Assembly (NCBI RefSeq): GCF_001194135.2
Contig: NC_068985.1
Span: 85,898,415 to 85,962,414, forward strand
DNA from: Octopus bimaculoides
Lineage: Eukaryota
Length of the DNA: 64,000 nt
Direction of reading: 5' to 3'
Numbering within the stretch: the first letter of the stretch is position 1; every line of letters starts with the position of its first letter. The translations under genes and the position numbers were made by a program. Positions 53,478 through 64,000 of this stretch are shown here, in pieces. Under the pieces are notes generated by a model. The model saw only the letters and a program-made list of their open reading frames with translations. It was not told the origin of the DNA and did not search any database.

Positions 53478-54497
53478 GTAAGTGGAAATCGCAATGAGAG
53501 GATTTTATGAAACAGAGAATTGGTTTCTGTGGCTTTGAGTTAAAAAGATGGATCCTAACACTTCTGAACAAAGCAAACTTTTTTATCTCTAAGTGGTCAA
53601 TAAAATTATTACTTTTCGCGCATGTGGTTAATACTGACCAGATCAACCAAAAAAAAAAAAAAAAAGAGAAAGAAAAGAGACAAGAAAATGAGAAGGGAAA
53701 AGAAAAATAAGAGAGAAACTAATAAAGTGAATAATGTCATGAAAAAGGTGTTAGCATTGAATATCCAGTCAAAGAAATCACGTAAACATTGAGATTTATC
53801 AAATATGCATGTAAAGAATGATGATGATGATGATGATGTACACATATAGATATGTATATCATATGTAAATTTATATGTATAGAAACAGGTGTGGTTATGT
53901 GGTTAAGAAGTTTGCCTCCCAACCAGAAGAATTCAGGTTCAGTGCCACCCCATGACACCTTGGGTAAGTTTCTTCTAAAACCAGCAGAACCTGAGGATAT
54001 GAAAGCTGAAGGGAAGTAGTGCTCTACAAGAAGTCACCGGTACATGTATTTAGATTGAACCGACTGGAGTAATATGGAATGAAGTGCCTTGCTCAAGCAA
54101 TCAGTGTGCTGACTGATCCTGCAATTAAGACCATAACTTTGTGATTATGAACTCAACGCCCTAACCACTGTATGTATATGCACACATATACAAACACTCA
54201 CTCACACAGAAATATATATATACATATATAAATCACACTCAACACCACCACTACCATTATAGTGACCACACCACCACCGTATCATCAATCACCACTATAA
54301 CAACAACAATAGCCAGCAGTAGCAGCAGGAAACAACATGCACCATGTTTGTTACCAAAACACATGAAAATATGCAAATCAAACCAAGGAAGTTTGTGACA
54401 TGTTTTTTGGTTTCATTTAAATGAAGCTTCAGCTCAAACCTGAATGAAAGAGATTGCCATATCAAAGGATTGGTGGGACTGAGAAATACCTTGTTAG

Positions 54498-54581
54498 GTT
54501 TTTAATGCAACAAACTTTGCATCTTTCAAAGACCAAATATATTTAGAAAATGCTGCTGAGTATTCTTTCTGTTTCTTAAAA
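54498..54581 (+). CDS. Candidate exon (VFNATNFASFKDQIYLENAAEYSFCFLK), phase 0 to 0
   Basis: ..ACCTTGTTAG| and AAA|GTATGG. 28 open codons, phase compatible with 53409-53477. Confidence 0.45.
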
Positions 54582-55749
54582 GTATGGATATATCGATAAG
54601 ATCTTGTTTCACTAATTTGTACGATATTGCTAGAAAAAACTTAAGGTTCTGTGAAGAAAAAATTTACTTGTAACCAGAATCAAATTCAATTACATCCAGT
54701 CGTGTACATTTGCACTATGCTTTCTCATTGATATCATTAATCTGTTCTGTTACACTTATTCTGTATAAGAAGGCAACATTACTTTTGTTGTTCTACATCT
54801 GATATAATCTAAGATGTTCTTGCTAACTATACCTAACTTAATTTTAGCAGTGTTAATTAACTTGCATTTAGGGTTACTAATACAATTGTCTTTATGGTCC
54901 TTGAATGAATGTAATGTAGAGTTTACTTAAGGCTAAATATTCAACTCTGTTATCTGTTATCTATTTCAATGCTACTGGCAATGTTTTTGGCTTCAAGCTT
55001 TATGAAATTATATCTGTTGATGTACTTATCACTAGTGTATGTGTGTTTCTGTTTATTCCATACAAATCTTTTTTTGTCCAGTGACAAATAAATGTATTTT
55101 TTAAAATGACAAGTTCTTATTTAAAGTTGTTTTGAACTTCCTTAATATTTACTCCATTGACTAAGTTAAAAAGCTTGGTTTCAAATACTAACCCTAAACA
55201 TTACTAAACCGTAATCCTGTTAAAAATTTAAGATAGCAAGGTCATTTGACATGCTAATATACTTACAAGAAGAAAACAAGGCAGTAACTTCCTTCCCATT
55301 ACAGAATAGTAGTGTTTCAGTAATGGAATGGTTTAATTGTATCAACATGAAACAACATTTCTAAACTATTTCATCCATAAGCAGGTTCATTAAAGCCCAG
55401 TTCCTTCTTCTCAAAAAGACAAATAATCATGTTGTAGTAATGGTTTCAAGTTTTGGCACAAGGCCAGGAATTTTAGTGGGGAAACAAGTTGAGTGCATCA
55501 ACCCCAATGCACAAGCCTGAAAGGATGGAAGGCAAAGTCGACCTTGATGAGTGGAAAGTCAGATGAAACTCTGCCAAGCATTTTGCTAATGGTTCTGCCA
55601 GCTTGCTGCTTTAAGCCATGTTGTAATAATAACATGACCTCTGACTTTTTGAAAGTCTTCATTCTCTAGGTGCCATGTCCAGAATGTAAGACATTCTGGT
55701 GATCCTGTCCTGTCACAATCCCCTGTTCTTTGTTTTCTCTAACAGTTAC

Positions 55750-57050
55750 ATTTTCTGATGTTTAATGCTTATTTCTTCCAACCAATTCCGTCAAGCTTGA
55801 CCTCCATATCATCATTCTCTTTCCTCTGCTTATTTTCCCGTCAGTCTTTCTGCCCATCTCTAAATTCTCTAGACCCTCTTTCCTTATCACAGGCCAGAAG
55901 GTTTAATGCTTCTATTATTGTTTTAGAAATTTCTAAAGCATTTGACAAGGGATGGCATAAATGTGTCTCCACCATCAAATCCTTCAAAACAGGAAGAAGA
56001 CTGTCAACAGTCCTGAGATCTTTGTTCTTCTTGTCTGTCAATGATTTGAGTTCAAACTCCACCGTGGTTGACTTTGCCTTTCATCCTTTCAGAGTCGATT
56101 AAATAAGTGCCAGTTACAAACTGGGATCGATGTAATCCACTTAATCCCTTTGTCTGTCCTTCTTTGTCCCCTCTATGTTTAGCCCCCTGTGGGCAATAAA
56201 GAAATTAAAAAAAAAGGATTTTTGCCCGACACAGTAACAACTCCTTTATTCACTGATAACACTTTCACCATTAAAAGTACATCACACACATGGAGCAAAT
56301 AGCAGATCTCTTCAGTTAGCTAAACGGATTATGAAACAGAGAAACAAATGGTCTGCTGTATTTAATGCTTGCGGGATAAACCGAATATCTGTCTCCCACC
56401 ATTTTGAAATTCCTGAATGTTCCCCAATTTCAGTAAACAGGATTGCTTTTTGTTTGGATAAATTCTTAGATCTTAAATTCACAGCAAATTTGAGAAGGGA
56501 CATCTATATCCATCTGTTGCCAGCAGAATGGCTAAAATACGGGCTCACTCTAATATTCAAAAAGATTCTTAATACCTGATATTCTGATCAATCTCTACAA
56601 TAACTGAGTACTGCTCAACTATTTGTGTATGTCCCTCATAACACATACTGTCCACTTTTGATGGAGTACAGAATTAAATGTGTAATTTAGTTCATGGTGA
56701 TTCTCTTCATCAATCCAACCACCCAATCGTTAAACCAACAACATTATCAACAGTCCAACCCTATAATAACCAAGGAAATGCTGACATCTGGCCTTTTCTA
56801 CCATTTCCATTTCACAGAAACTGTTCAAATGAGCTTCATTCCATGGTCCAATCAGAGAAGAAATTTCCCATCAAAATTTGGTTTTCCAAATTTAGTGAAT
56901 TCCATCTTGGCCCCTTGGATATCTCAGACATGTTATCAGTTCTACAACCAAAGCTTTGATTTCCAAGAGCAGCTGAATTTTGGAATGAATTTTCTCCCTA
57001 CTCTTCTCGTGTAGAATATAACCTTGATCTTATTAAATTTAGGGGTAACA
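55750..57050 (+). mobile_element. Highly decayed CR1/L2/Jockey-group LINE ORF2 (RT and C-terminus), interrupted by SINE B (56043-56205)
   Basis: IVLEISKAFDKGWH resembles LDISKAFDKVWH; LFFLSVNDL resembles LFLIYINDL; HRNCSNEL; terminal pattern SF.PR.AEFWN..P..YNL..FK..VNKYL near 56950-57050. Confidence 0.7.
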
Positions 57051-57582
57051 AATACCTTGCCTAATTTTGGCAGTTTTCTTCATTTTAATATTTTATAATT
57101 TCTTTTATTACCATTTCATTTTATTAGCACCTTTATTGTCACCTCATTTACCACGGTTTATTGTCACTGATTCTTTCATCAGTTGTTTTATTACCATCTC
57201 ATTGTATTTCATTTAAATCTTCTAACAATTATTTTATTGCTACTTTTATTTGCTACATTAAATATTCAAGTGTTTATGTACACAAACACACAGACAAACA
57301 CACACACACATCCATTAATGCCACTCTCTCTTTCCTCTACCCATTTGCCTACAAATGGCTTACAGTCCCTGGTTGGAGTAATTTCAAGTCAACAACAAAA
57401 ATATTAATATCATTTTTATTACCCCAGTGCTAGAAAGTTCTTTTCCATTTTCTGTTTTGCAAACAACAAATAATGATCTCTTGTTATTTAATATTAACCA
57501 ACCGGTGCTTGCCATGCAGTTAAATTTTCTGAATCATCTTTAAATATTAAAGAACTGTGATTTATTCCTTTATAAACATGGT

Positions 57583-57950
57583 GTGGGTGTGGCTGTGTGG
57601 TAAGAAGTTTGCTTCCCAACCACATTGTTCTGGGTTCAGTCCCATTGCATGGCACCTTGGACACAAGTGTCTTCTACTTCAACTGACCAAAGCCTTGTGA
57701 GTGGATTTGGTAGACAAGAAACTGAGAGAATCCCATTGTATGTGTCTTTGTTCCCTCCCCCACCGCTGGTGTTGGTGTGTTTATGTCCCTGTAACTTAAC
57801 AGTTTGGCAGATGATATCGATACAATAAGTACTAGGGCTTAAAGATAAAATCAATAAGTACTGAGGTTGATTTATTTGACTAAAGACCCTTCAAGGTGGT
57901 GCTCCAGTATGGCCGCAGTCTAGTGACAGAAACAAGCAAAACTAAAAAAG
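57583..57950 (+). mobile_element. SINE family A, full-length-like, lacking the internal microsatellite
   Basis: Head GGCTGTGTGGTAAGAAGTTTGCTTCCCAACC..GGGTTCAGTCCC; tail GGTGGTGCTCCAGTATGGCCGCAGTC..GAAACAAG. Confidence 0.85.
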
Positions 57951-58122
57951 ACAATCAAAAATGATGAAAAGCTTGATTAATGATTAATGATTTGTGAGGT
58001 TTCACCTTTCAATAAATGTTCTTCTCTGTTTTAAGTATCGGGTAATCATTTACATTTCTCTTGTTTACGCTAACATGCTGACATCAGTATATGACATATG
58101 CACATACACAATATACATTCAT

Positions 58123-58167
<45 letters not shown>

Positions 58168-58799
58168 CACACACACACATGCATCACACACACATAATTT
58201 GAACATAAACACATATATACATACACAAGCACAAACTATGTTGTGGTTCTATGAGTGTATTCATATATGGGGAACAATGCATATCAACGCACACACATGC
58301 ATACGCACACACATACACATTTATTCATTTGAACTCTACAACATATTTTGAGTACTTTTATCTTTCCTTTGTACCTTGAAACATGTACATATGTGCATAT
58401 AACCTTTCACCGTACAAATATGTATATATGCATGTCTATACACACATACATATATACATAGACACACACACACACAGACATGCACACATGTTCCTTCCTG
58501 TAAAGAGACATATAGGAAAAAAAAATGAGCATCTACTTATATATATGTTATCAATAAATTCAGTGTTGACATGTTGAATATTGATGTATAAGTGTTCATA
58601 CATGTGAGCATGAATACTTGAATGCGTGTGTGTGACTGTGTGTGTGAAAATGTTATCAAATTTATCTGAGAAAACAAACATTTATATAGAACTTTTGAAC
58701 TGGTATAGAAAATATAACTCTTGAAATTTCGATTATCAGTTCCTGTTCATATCCACCTCCTTTCGTTTGGTAAAGTGACGTAAGAAAATTGTTGTGTAG

Positions 58800-58921
58800 T
58801 AACCTACAAATGTTGGGGTTATCAAACATGAATAGTGGAGACACTTTCACCTCATACAAACTCAAACTAAACAACTTGAATACTGCACAATATTTCATAC
58901 ATTTGCCATTGAAATACCACG
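58800..58921 (+). CDS. Candidate exon (NLQMLGLSNMNSGDTFTSYKLKLNNLNTAQYFIHLPLKYH), phase 2 to 1
   Basis: ..TTGTTGTGTAG| and CACG|GTAAAT. 40 open codons in one frame; the other two frames are closed. Confidence 0.5.
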
Positions 58922-59099
58922 GTAAATATGGTTGCAAATACACACATGCACATTTGTGTGTATGCTGGAGCTTACAAGCAAGAAAAATATACTCTATAAA
59001 GAAGTAGAATGTAATACACACACACACGCACACACAAACATATATATAGTTAGGTTGTATTCTGTAGTTGAGTACAGTACAAAGCTTGTCCATTTTCAG

Positions 59100-59265
59100 A
59101 TTCCAATAAGTCCTACCTAACAGTAGTATTATGCCTATTACCAGATTTTTGTAGTGTATGAATGCATATTTGAATAAGTTGGAGTCAGCAAGAAGGAGTA
59201 CAGAGGAACATTTATTTGTCATCTCTACAACTGTATCCATGCAACGTAGTTTTCCAGGTTTTCAG
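59100..59265 (+). CDS. Next exon, two incompatible options: 59100-59155 (SNKSYLTVVLCLLPDFCS, phase 1 to 0) or 59155-59265 (CMNAYLNKLESARRSTEEHLFVISTTVSMQRSFPGFQ, phase 0 to 0)
   Basis: Both have AG/GT ends and open frames. Only the first is phase compatible with 58800-58921. Confidence 0.35.
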
Positions 59266-59479
59266 GTATTTGGCTGTGTAACCATTTCTTGCATTGTGAG
59301 ATCTTGTTGTGTTTCATCAAGTGATACTTAAATATCATTTCTGTGTTCTATAAACTCAAATTTTTGGCTTTGACCACATCCTTTCTGTCTGTCAGGGCTA
59401 TATGTGGTAGTAGTAACCACTCAGCGTATCAAAAATTCATGAAACAAAACATGTGATATTGCTTCTTATTTTATTTAAA

Positions 59480-59695
59480 AAAATTTTTATATTGCCCAAG
59501 AGGGGACAGACAAGGACAGACAAAGGGATTAAATCGATTACATCGACCCCAGTGCGTAACTGGTACTTAATTTATCGACCCCGAAAGGATGAAAGGCAAA
59601 GTCGACCTCGGCGGAATTTGAACTCAGAATGTAATGGCAGATGAAATACCACTAAGCATTTCGCCCGGCTAACGTTTCTGCCAGCTCACCGCCTT
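59480..59695 (-). mobile_element. SINE family B, well-preserved copy
   Basis: Reverse complement GGCGGTGAGCTGGCAGAAACGTTAGC..TGAGTTCAAATTCCGCCGAGGTCGACTTTGCCTTTCATCCTTTCGGGGTCGATAAATTAAGTACCAG. Confidence 0.9.
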
Positions 59696-59701
59696 CTTCT
59701 A

Positions 59702-59866
59702 TTGCTTCTTGCTTTTAAAAAAGATAGGAGTCTCAGAAATCTCCTTGTTAGAAGCTTCACAGCTCCTATTTCCAAGCAAACAAGAACCTTTAAATGTTCT
59801 CGCTGACAATGTAACACATGCCCCGACATCAACAATATTACCACCATCACAGGACCCAAGAAGCAA
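59702..59866 (+). mobile_element. Penelope-like element fragment (linker between RT and GIY-YIG), capped by an RTE tail stub
   Basis: LLAFKKDRSLRNLLVRS..TFKCSR*QCNTCPDINNITTITGPKK matches the PLE pattern P..AYKR.KNLRDxLVRS...F.C.R.RC.TC.....TITGP. Confidence 0.75.
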
Positions 59867-60221
59867 TGGATGTTAAATGATGATGATGATAATAAGAATG
59901 AATGTCTTTTTATAACCACCAAAGTTCTTTGATTTCTGCATTTTAAAATTATGCTCATATCAATATATTTAAATCTTGCATATATCCACATATCAAATTT
60001 TGGATCTATGAATTTAGCAATTTTTACTTATAACTCTATCTCAAACTTTGGGTATATTTACATATAAAACTTTAAAATATTTCAGCATATCAAATTTTGA
60101 AAATATCATTGCATATCCAATATTTGCAAATATTGTTGAATAGTCAATGTTTGCATCTATGTTGTGCATCTAAATTTACATTCAAATATACACACCTTTG
60201 TTGATATTAAGAGTATCCTTT

Positions 60222-60612
60222 ATTCAGTGGACAATAAACTTTGCTTACAAAGACCTGTTGAGGCAAGTGAAATCAAAATCGCCTGATTGGCATTTGTGCC
60301 AGTAGAATATTAAATGCACCATCCAAGTGTGATCGTTGCCAGTGCCACCTGACTGGCTCCCATGCAGGTGGCACATAAAAACACCTTTGAGCATGGTCGT
60401 TGCCAGTACCGCCTGACTGGCCCTCATGCCGGTGGCACGTAAAAGCATCCACTACACTCTCGGAGTGGTTGGCCTTAGGAAGGGCATCCAGCTGTAGAAA
60501 CTCTGCCAGATCAGATTGGAGCCTGGTGCAGCCTCCTGGCTTGCCAGACCACAGTCAAACCATCCAACCCATGCTAGCATGGAAAGCAGACGTTAAACGA
60601 TGACGATGATGA
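60222..60612 (+). mobile_element. RTE 3' UTR-only copy with repeat units and (GAT)n tail; facing inverted copy at 60704-60847
   Basis: Begins TTCAGTGGACAATAAACTTTGCTTACAAAGACCTG (compare 42860-42895) and ends GCAGACGTTAAACGATGACGATG. Confidence 0.9.
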
Positions 60613-61384
60613 TATTGGTCTGTTGTGATGAGTTTTTACTTTAATAGATGAATCATCATCAGCATCATCATTATCATCAGCATCATCATTATCATCAGCA
60701 TAATCATCATCATTTAACGTCTGTTTTCCATGCTGGTATGGACTGGGTGGTTTGACAGGAGCTGGCAAAGCCAGGAGCCACACCAGGTTCTGTAGTCAAT
60801 GTAGGTTTCCACAGTTGTTTGCCCTTCCTAATACTAACCATTTGACAGTAAGAAAATTACAGCTCCTTCACAATAGTACAGATTGTTGTTGTTGCTATTG
60901 TTATTGAGACCTGAATAAATAAACACATTCAAAGACCCAACAACTATTACCATCCCATCTTATTGCAGATATAGTGCATATAGGACCACATTATTCATAT
61001 ATTGTTCTTTTCTAAAGACAGTACGGTATACGCTGGGGGAGATTCTGCTGCTATTTCTAGCAGAAAGTCAAGTAACTATATGAAGTTTCCCTTGTTAGCT
61101 CAGAATAATTATTTCAGGTAACAGATCCAGATTTTTTGTTACTAAACATTGGAAACTCAACAAATTGGGGTATCACACACATCAAACTCTTTCTACTCAC
61201 AGACCCACCAAACAGCCAGTTGTGTGTTTCGACTCATGATTTTACTGCGACATTTTTGTAGAAAATGTAAAATAATAATTAATAATAAATTAAAGAGAAA
61301 AGAACATTGCCAATGTGACAGGGACTAGTTTTTAAGCTTATATATCTCTTTATGATGGATAATTGACAAAGTTTCTATGTTGAC

Positions 61385-61590
61385 CCCTCAAGAAATAGCA
61401 GCCAAATGACCTTCAAATATTATCTTTTGTTGGCAGGATGATGCAGCACATATTGAAGAATCTAGTCTTAGAAACACTAAATTTAAAAAAAAAAGGAAAA
61501 AGAGATTATGACAGGATGGTCAGAACTAGAATGCCTTTGATCATATCTCTGTTCAATCACAGTTGACCTGGGGTTAAACAACAATAATAA
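61385..61590 (+). mobile_element. Dispersed repeat family D with (AAC)n tail (other pieces at ~6005-6175 -, 12110-12205 +, 27600-27640 +, 28610-28710 -, 31640-31720 -, 31870-32040 -, 39620-39970 +, 61035-61065 -)
   Basis: Recurrent motifs AGAAATAGCAGCCAAAT.TCCCTCAAAT, AATGTAGTCCTAGATACAC, GGATGGTCATG.CTGGAATGC.TTTGATC, GACCTGGGGCTAAACAACAAC. Confidence 0.7.
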
Positions 61591-61943
61591 AAACAAAAAA
61601 AAAACTGTTTCATTCGATCAGATATCATTGAACTCATAATGTTTAGAGATGACCGCAGTCACATGACAACAACCTTAAGGAAAAAGGAAGAAAAATGAAT
61701 AATAAACTAAAAATATAACAAACACGAAAAGCGAAACCAGAAATAGTTTCTCTTTGATAGTGAAAGTCAGAGCTGACCTAATCAACTGGTGCCATCAAGA
61801 TTTTAGAGGTATTTTTCAAGAATAATGAGCTTAATGTCCATATTCACAGCAATCCTTTTGAGAAATTAATGAGCTTACATTTTTATGTGCTCCAACGACT
61901 CATGAAAACTGAATGACAACAAAAATTCATATATGTTACATTC

Positions 61944-61990
<47 letters not shown>

Positions 61991-62234
61991 CAATAATAAT
62001 GATTTCAATCCAGTAACCAAGTGCATATTCCTTTTAGCATTATCTGTCCTCTTATTTCTCCTATTTGCATCGATGTTGTTCTTTTTTTTTTTGTCAGCTT
62101 ATTTTATTTTGCTCTTTTTTTGTTAAATATATTTATTCTGATTTATTTTTAATAACCTTTATTTTGAAATTAAACATTCTTCAAATTTCTCACACCTTTT
62201 GAGTTTTTGATTTCATGAGTCTTGTTGTTGTTGC

Positions 62235-62259
<25 letters not shown>

Positions 62260-62267
<8 letters not shown>

Positions 62268-62727
62268 TGGCAAACTAGCAGAATTATTAGCATACTGGAA
62301 TAAAGTGCATGCAGTATTTGTCCTGGCTCTCAACATTTTGATTTCAAATCCCACTGAGGTCATCTTTGATTTTCATCCTTTTGGGGTTGATAAAATAAAG
62401 TGCCTACCAAACACTAAGTGTCAGTATTATGTACAGTAAGGGATCTGTTCTGGTCCCTTCTCCCATACTTTCACCCTCATCTCCTGGCACGAGGCTTTCT
62501 ATTTTAGGATTCCTAGATTTATAAGCTGCCTGACAAACTCACTGCTGTTGCTGGCATCAAAACAGCACAAATATATGCTGTGAAGGGGTCAGCCTTAGGA
62601 AGGAGTTCCAGCTAAAGAAGCAATACCAAAGTAGAACACTAGAGCACAATGCAGTGCTTCAATCCAATGGAATCCTGTCAAACCATCAAACCATGTCAGC
62701 ATGGGAAAAGAGACTGAAATGGTAATG

Positions 62728-62768
<41 letters not shown>

Positions 62769-63480
62769 TCTCACTATTATTAAGGCAGTGAACCAATAGA
62801 ATCCTTAGCACATCAGACAAAAGGTTCAGTAGCATTTCTCCTATATCTGTATATTCTAAGTTCAAATACTGTTGAGGTCAACTTTACCTTTCACTTCTTT
62901 CGGATGTCAATAATATAAACAACCAACGAAGTCCTGCTGTTGATCTAATTAACTAATGCCCCATTCTTAGAATTACTGGCCTTGTGCCAAACTGTGAAAC
63001 CATTAATATTAAGGTGGCACACCGGCAGATTTGTTAGCATGCCAGACAAAATACTTAGTGGCATATCGTCCGTCCTTATGTTCTGAGTTCAAATTCTGCC
63101 AACGTCAACTTCGTCTGTCATCATTTTTTTTTGGGGGGGGGGGGTCGATGAAATAAGTACCAGTTATGCACTGCGTCGATGTAATCAACTATCCCCCTCT
63201 CCCCAAAGTTTCAGGCTTTGAGCCTGTAGTAGACAGGATTATTATTATTATTATATTTACGGAAGCAAGCTGGCAGAACTGTTAACACACTGGACTAAAT
63301 TCTTAGCAGCATTTTGTCCCTCTTTATGCTTTGAGTTCAAATTCTGCTAAGGTCAACTTTTGCCTTTCATCCTTTTGGTGTCAATAAAATAAGCACTCCA
63401 GTTGAACTCTAGGGTCGATGTAACTGACCTAATCCCTTCCTCAAAATTGCTGGGCTTGTGCCGAAATTTGAAACCATTAT
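62260..63480 (+). mobile_element. Cluster of four co-oriented SINE B copies (~62260-62420, 62780-63000, 63010-63240, 63260-63480)
   Basis: Each repeats the (A/G)GTTCAAAT..GTCAACTTT..TCATC..TTT.GG.GTC.AT.AAATAAG body; separated mostly by (ATT)n. Confidence 0.8.
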
Positions 63481-63514
63481 ATTATTATTATTATTATTAT
63501 TATTATTAGTCACT

Positions 63515-63757
63515 TGTATTGTAAATCAGGTGGTCCATGAAGGAGTTATACCCAATGACTGGTGTAGCAGCACCATCATCAACTGCTACAAAAGATAAGG
63601 TGATGCTTTAGATAGAAATAATTACAGAGACATCAAATTGTTGGATCAGGTGATGAAAGTTACAGAGAGGGTCATAGCCCAACTAATTAGGGAGAGAGTT
63701 AACTAAGATGAGATACAGTTTGGTTTTGTTCAGAGAAAAGCACCACTATGCTATATC
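63515..63757 (+). mobile_element. RTE RT N-terminal fragment capped by an RTE tail stub
   Basis: IVNQVVHEGVIPNDWCSSTIINCYKR*GDALDRNNYRDIKLLDQVMKVTERVIAQLIRERVN*DEIQFGFV, then ACGGATGTTAAATGATAATGATG. Confidence 0.85.
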
Positions 63758-63787
63758 CAACGGATGTTAAATGATAATGATGATTAC

Positions 63788-63826
<39 letters not shown>

Positions 63827-63832
63827 CATTAT

Positions 63833-64000
63833 TCAGTAGTTTTATTTTTATAACGTGCTTTCACTTCACTACCGAGCGCAGCTCTGTGCGCCTTGGGTAT
63901 GTGCTGTGGTTTGCTGTGGTGCTTTTATGTTTACTGTATTGAAAGTGTTTTGCGTAGAATGTGTGCAGTACCCAGTAGTGCAATTTTCTGTATGTTATAT
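63833..64000 (-). mobile_element. 3' end of an R4/Dong-like element followed by (TAA)n; same family as 1-240
   Basis: Reverse complement translates YNIQKIALLGTAHILRKTLSIQ* (stop 63933-63931). The ~100-nt 3' UTR ends ACTACTGAAT-AATGATAATAATAAT. Confidence 0.85.

Noticed and set aside
58662-59240. 192-aa minus-strand ORF
   Set aside because: It crosses a CA microsatellite, has no motif, and overlaps better-supported + strand exon candidates.

Overview
AT-rich, microsatellite-dense eukaryotic DNA with 8 N-gaps, most bordered by (TA)n. The repeat families and simple-repeat load suggest an octopod cephalopod; this is an inference from remembered sequence style, not a search result. There is no prokaryotic system, CRISPR array or rRNA, and no intact gene that I can name. 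Most ORF-track entries are translations of microsatellites or gaps. What I can support is a dense layer of mobile-element remnants: RTE-clade LINE pieces (YADD reverse transcriptase, a PHD finger, a structured 3' UTR array), at least six fragments of restriction-like-endonuclease (R4/Dong-type) retrotransposons tied to different microsatellites, a decayed CR1/L2-group LINE, a Penelope-like fragment, a mariner fragment, hAT- and piggyBac-like MITEs, and three tRNA-derived SINE families. A chain of phase-compatible short exons at about 48-59 kb (+) probably belongs to an unidentified protein-coding gene. The most unusual features are: (1) a ~410-bp palindrome at 33.8-34.2 kb made of two outward-facing tRNA-Thr-like Pol III cassettes, each followed by a T-run; (2) a ~400-bp internally deleted R4-like element whose ORF start and end are fused in frame; (3) recurrent fold-back structures; and (4) fragments of unrelated retroelement clades capped by the same RTE tail.
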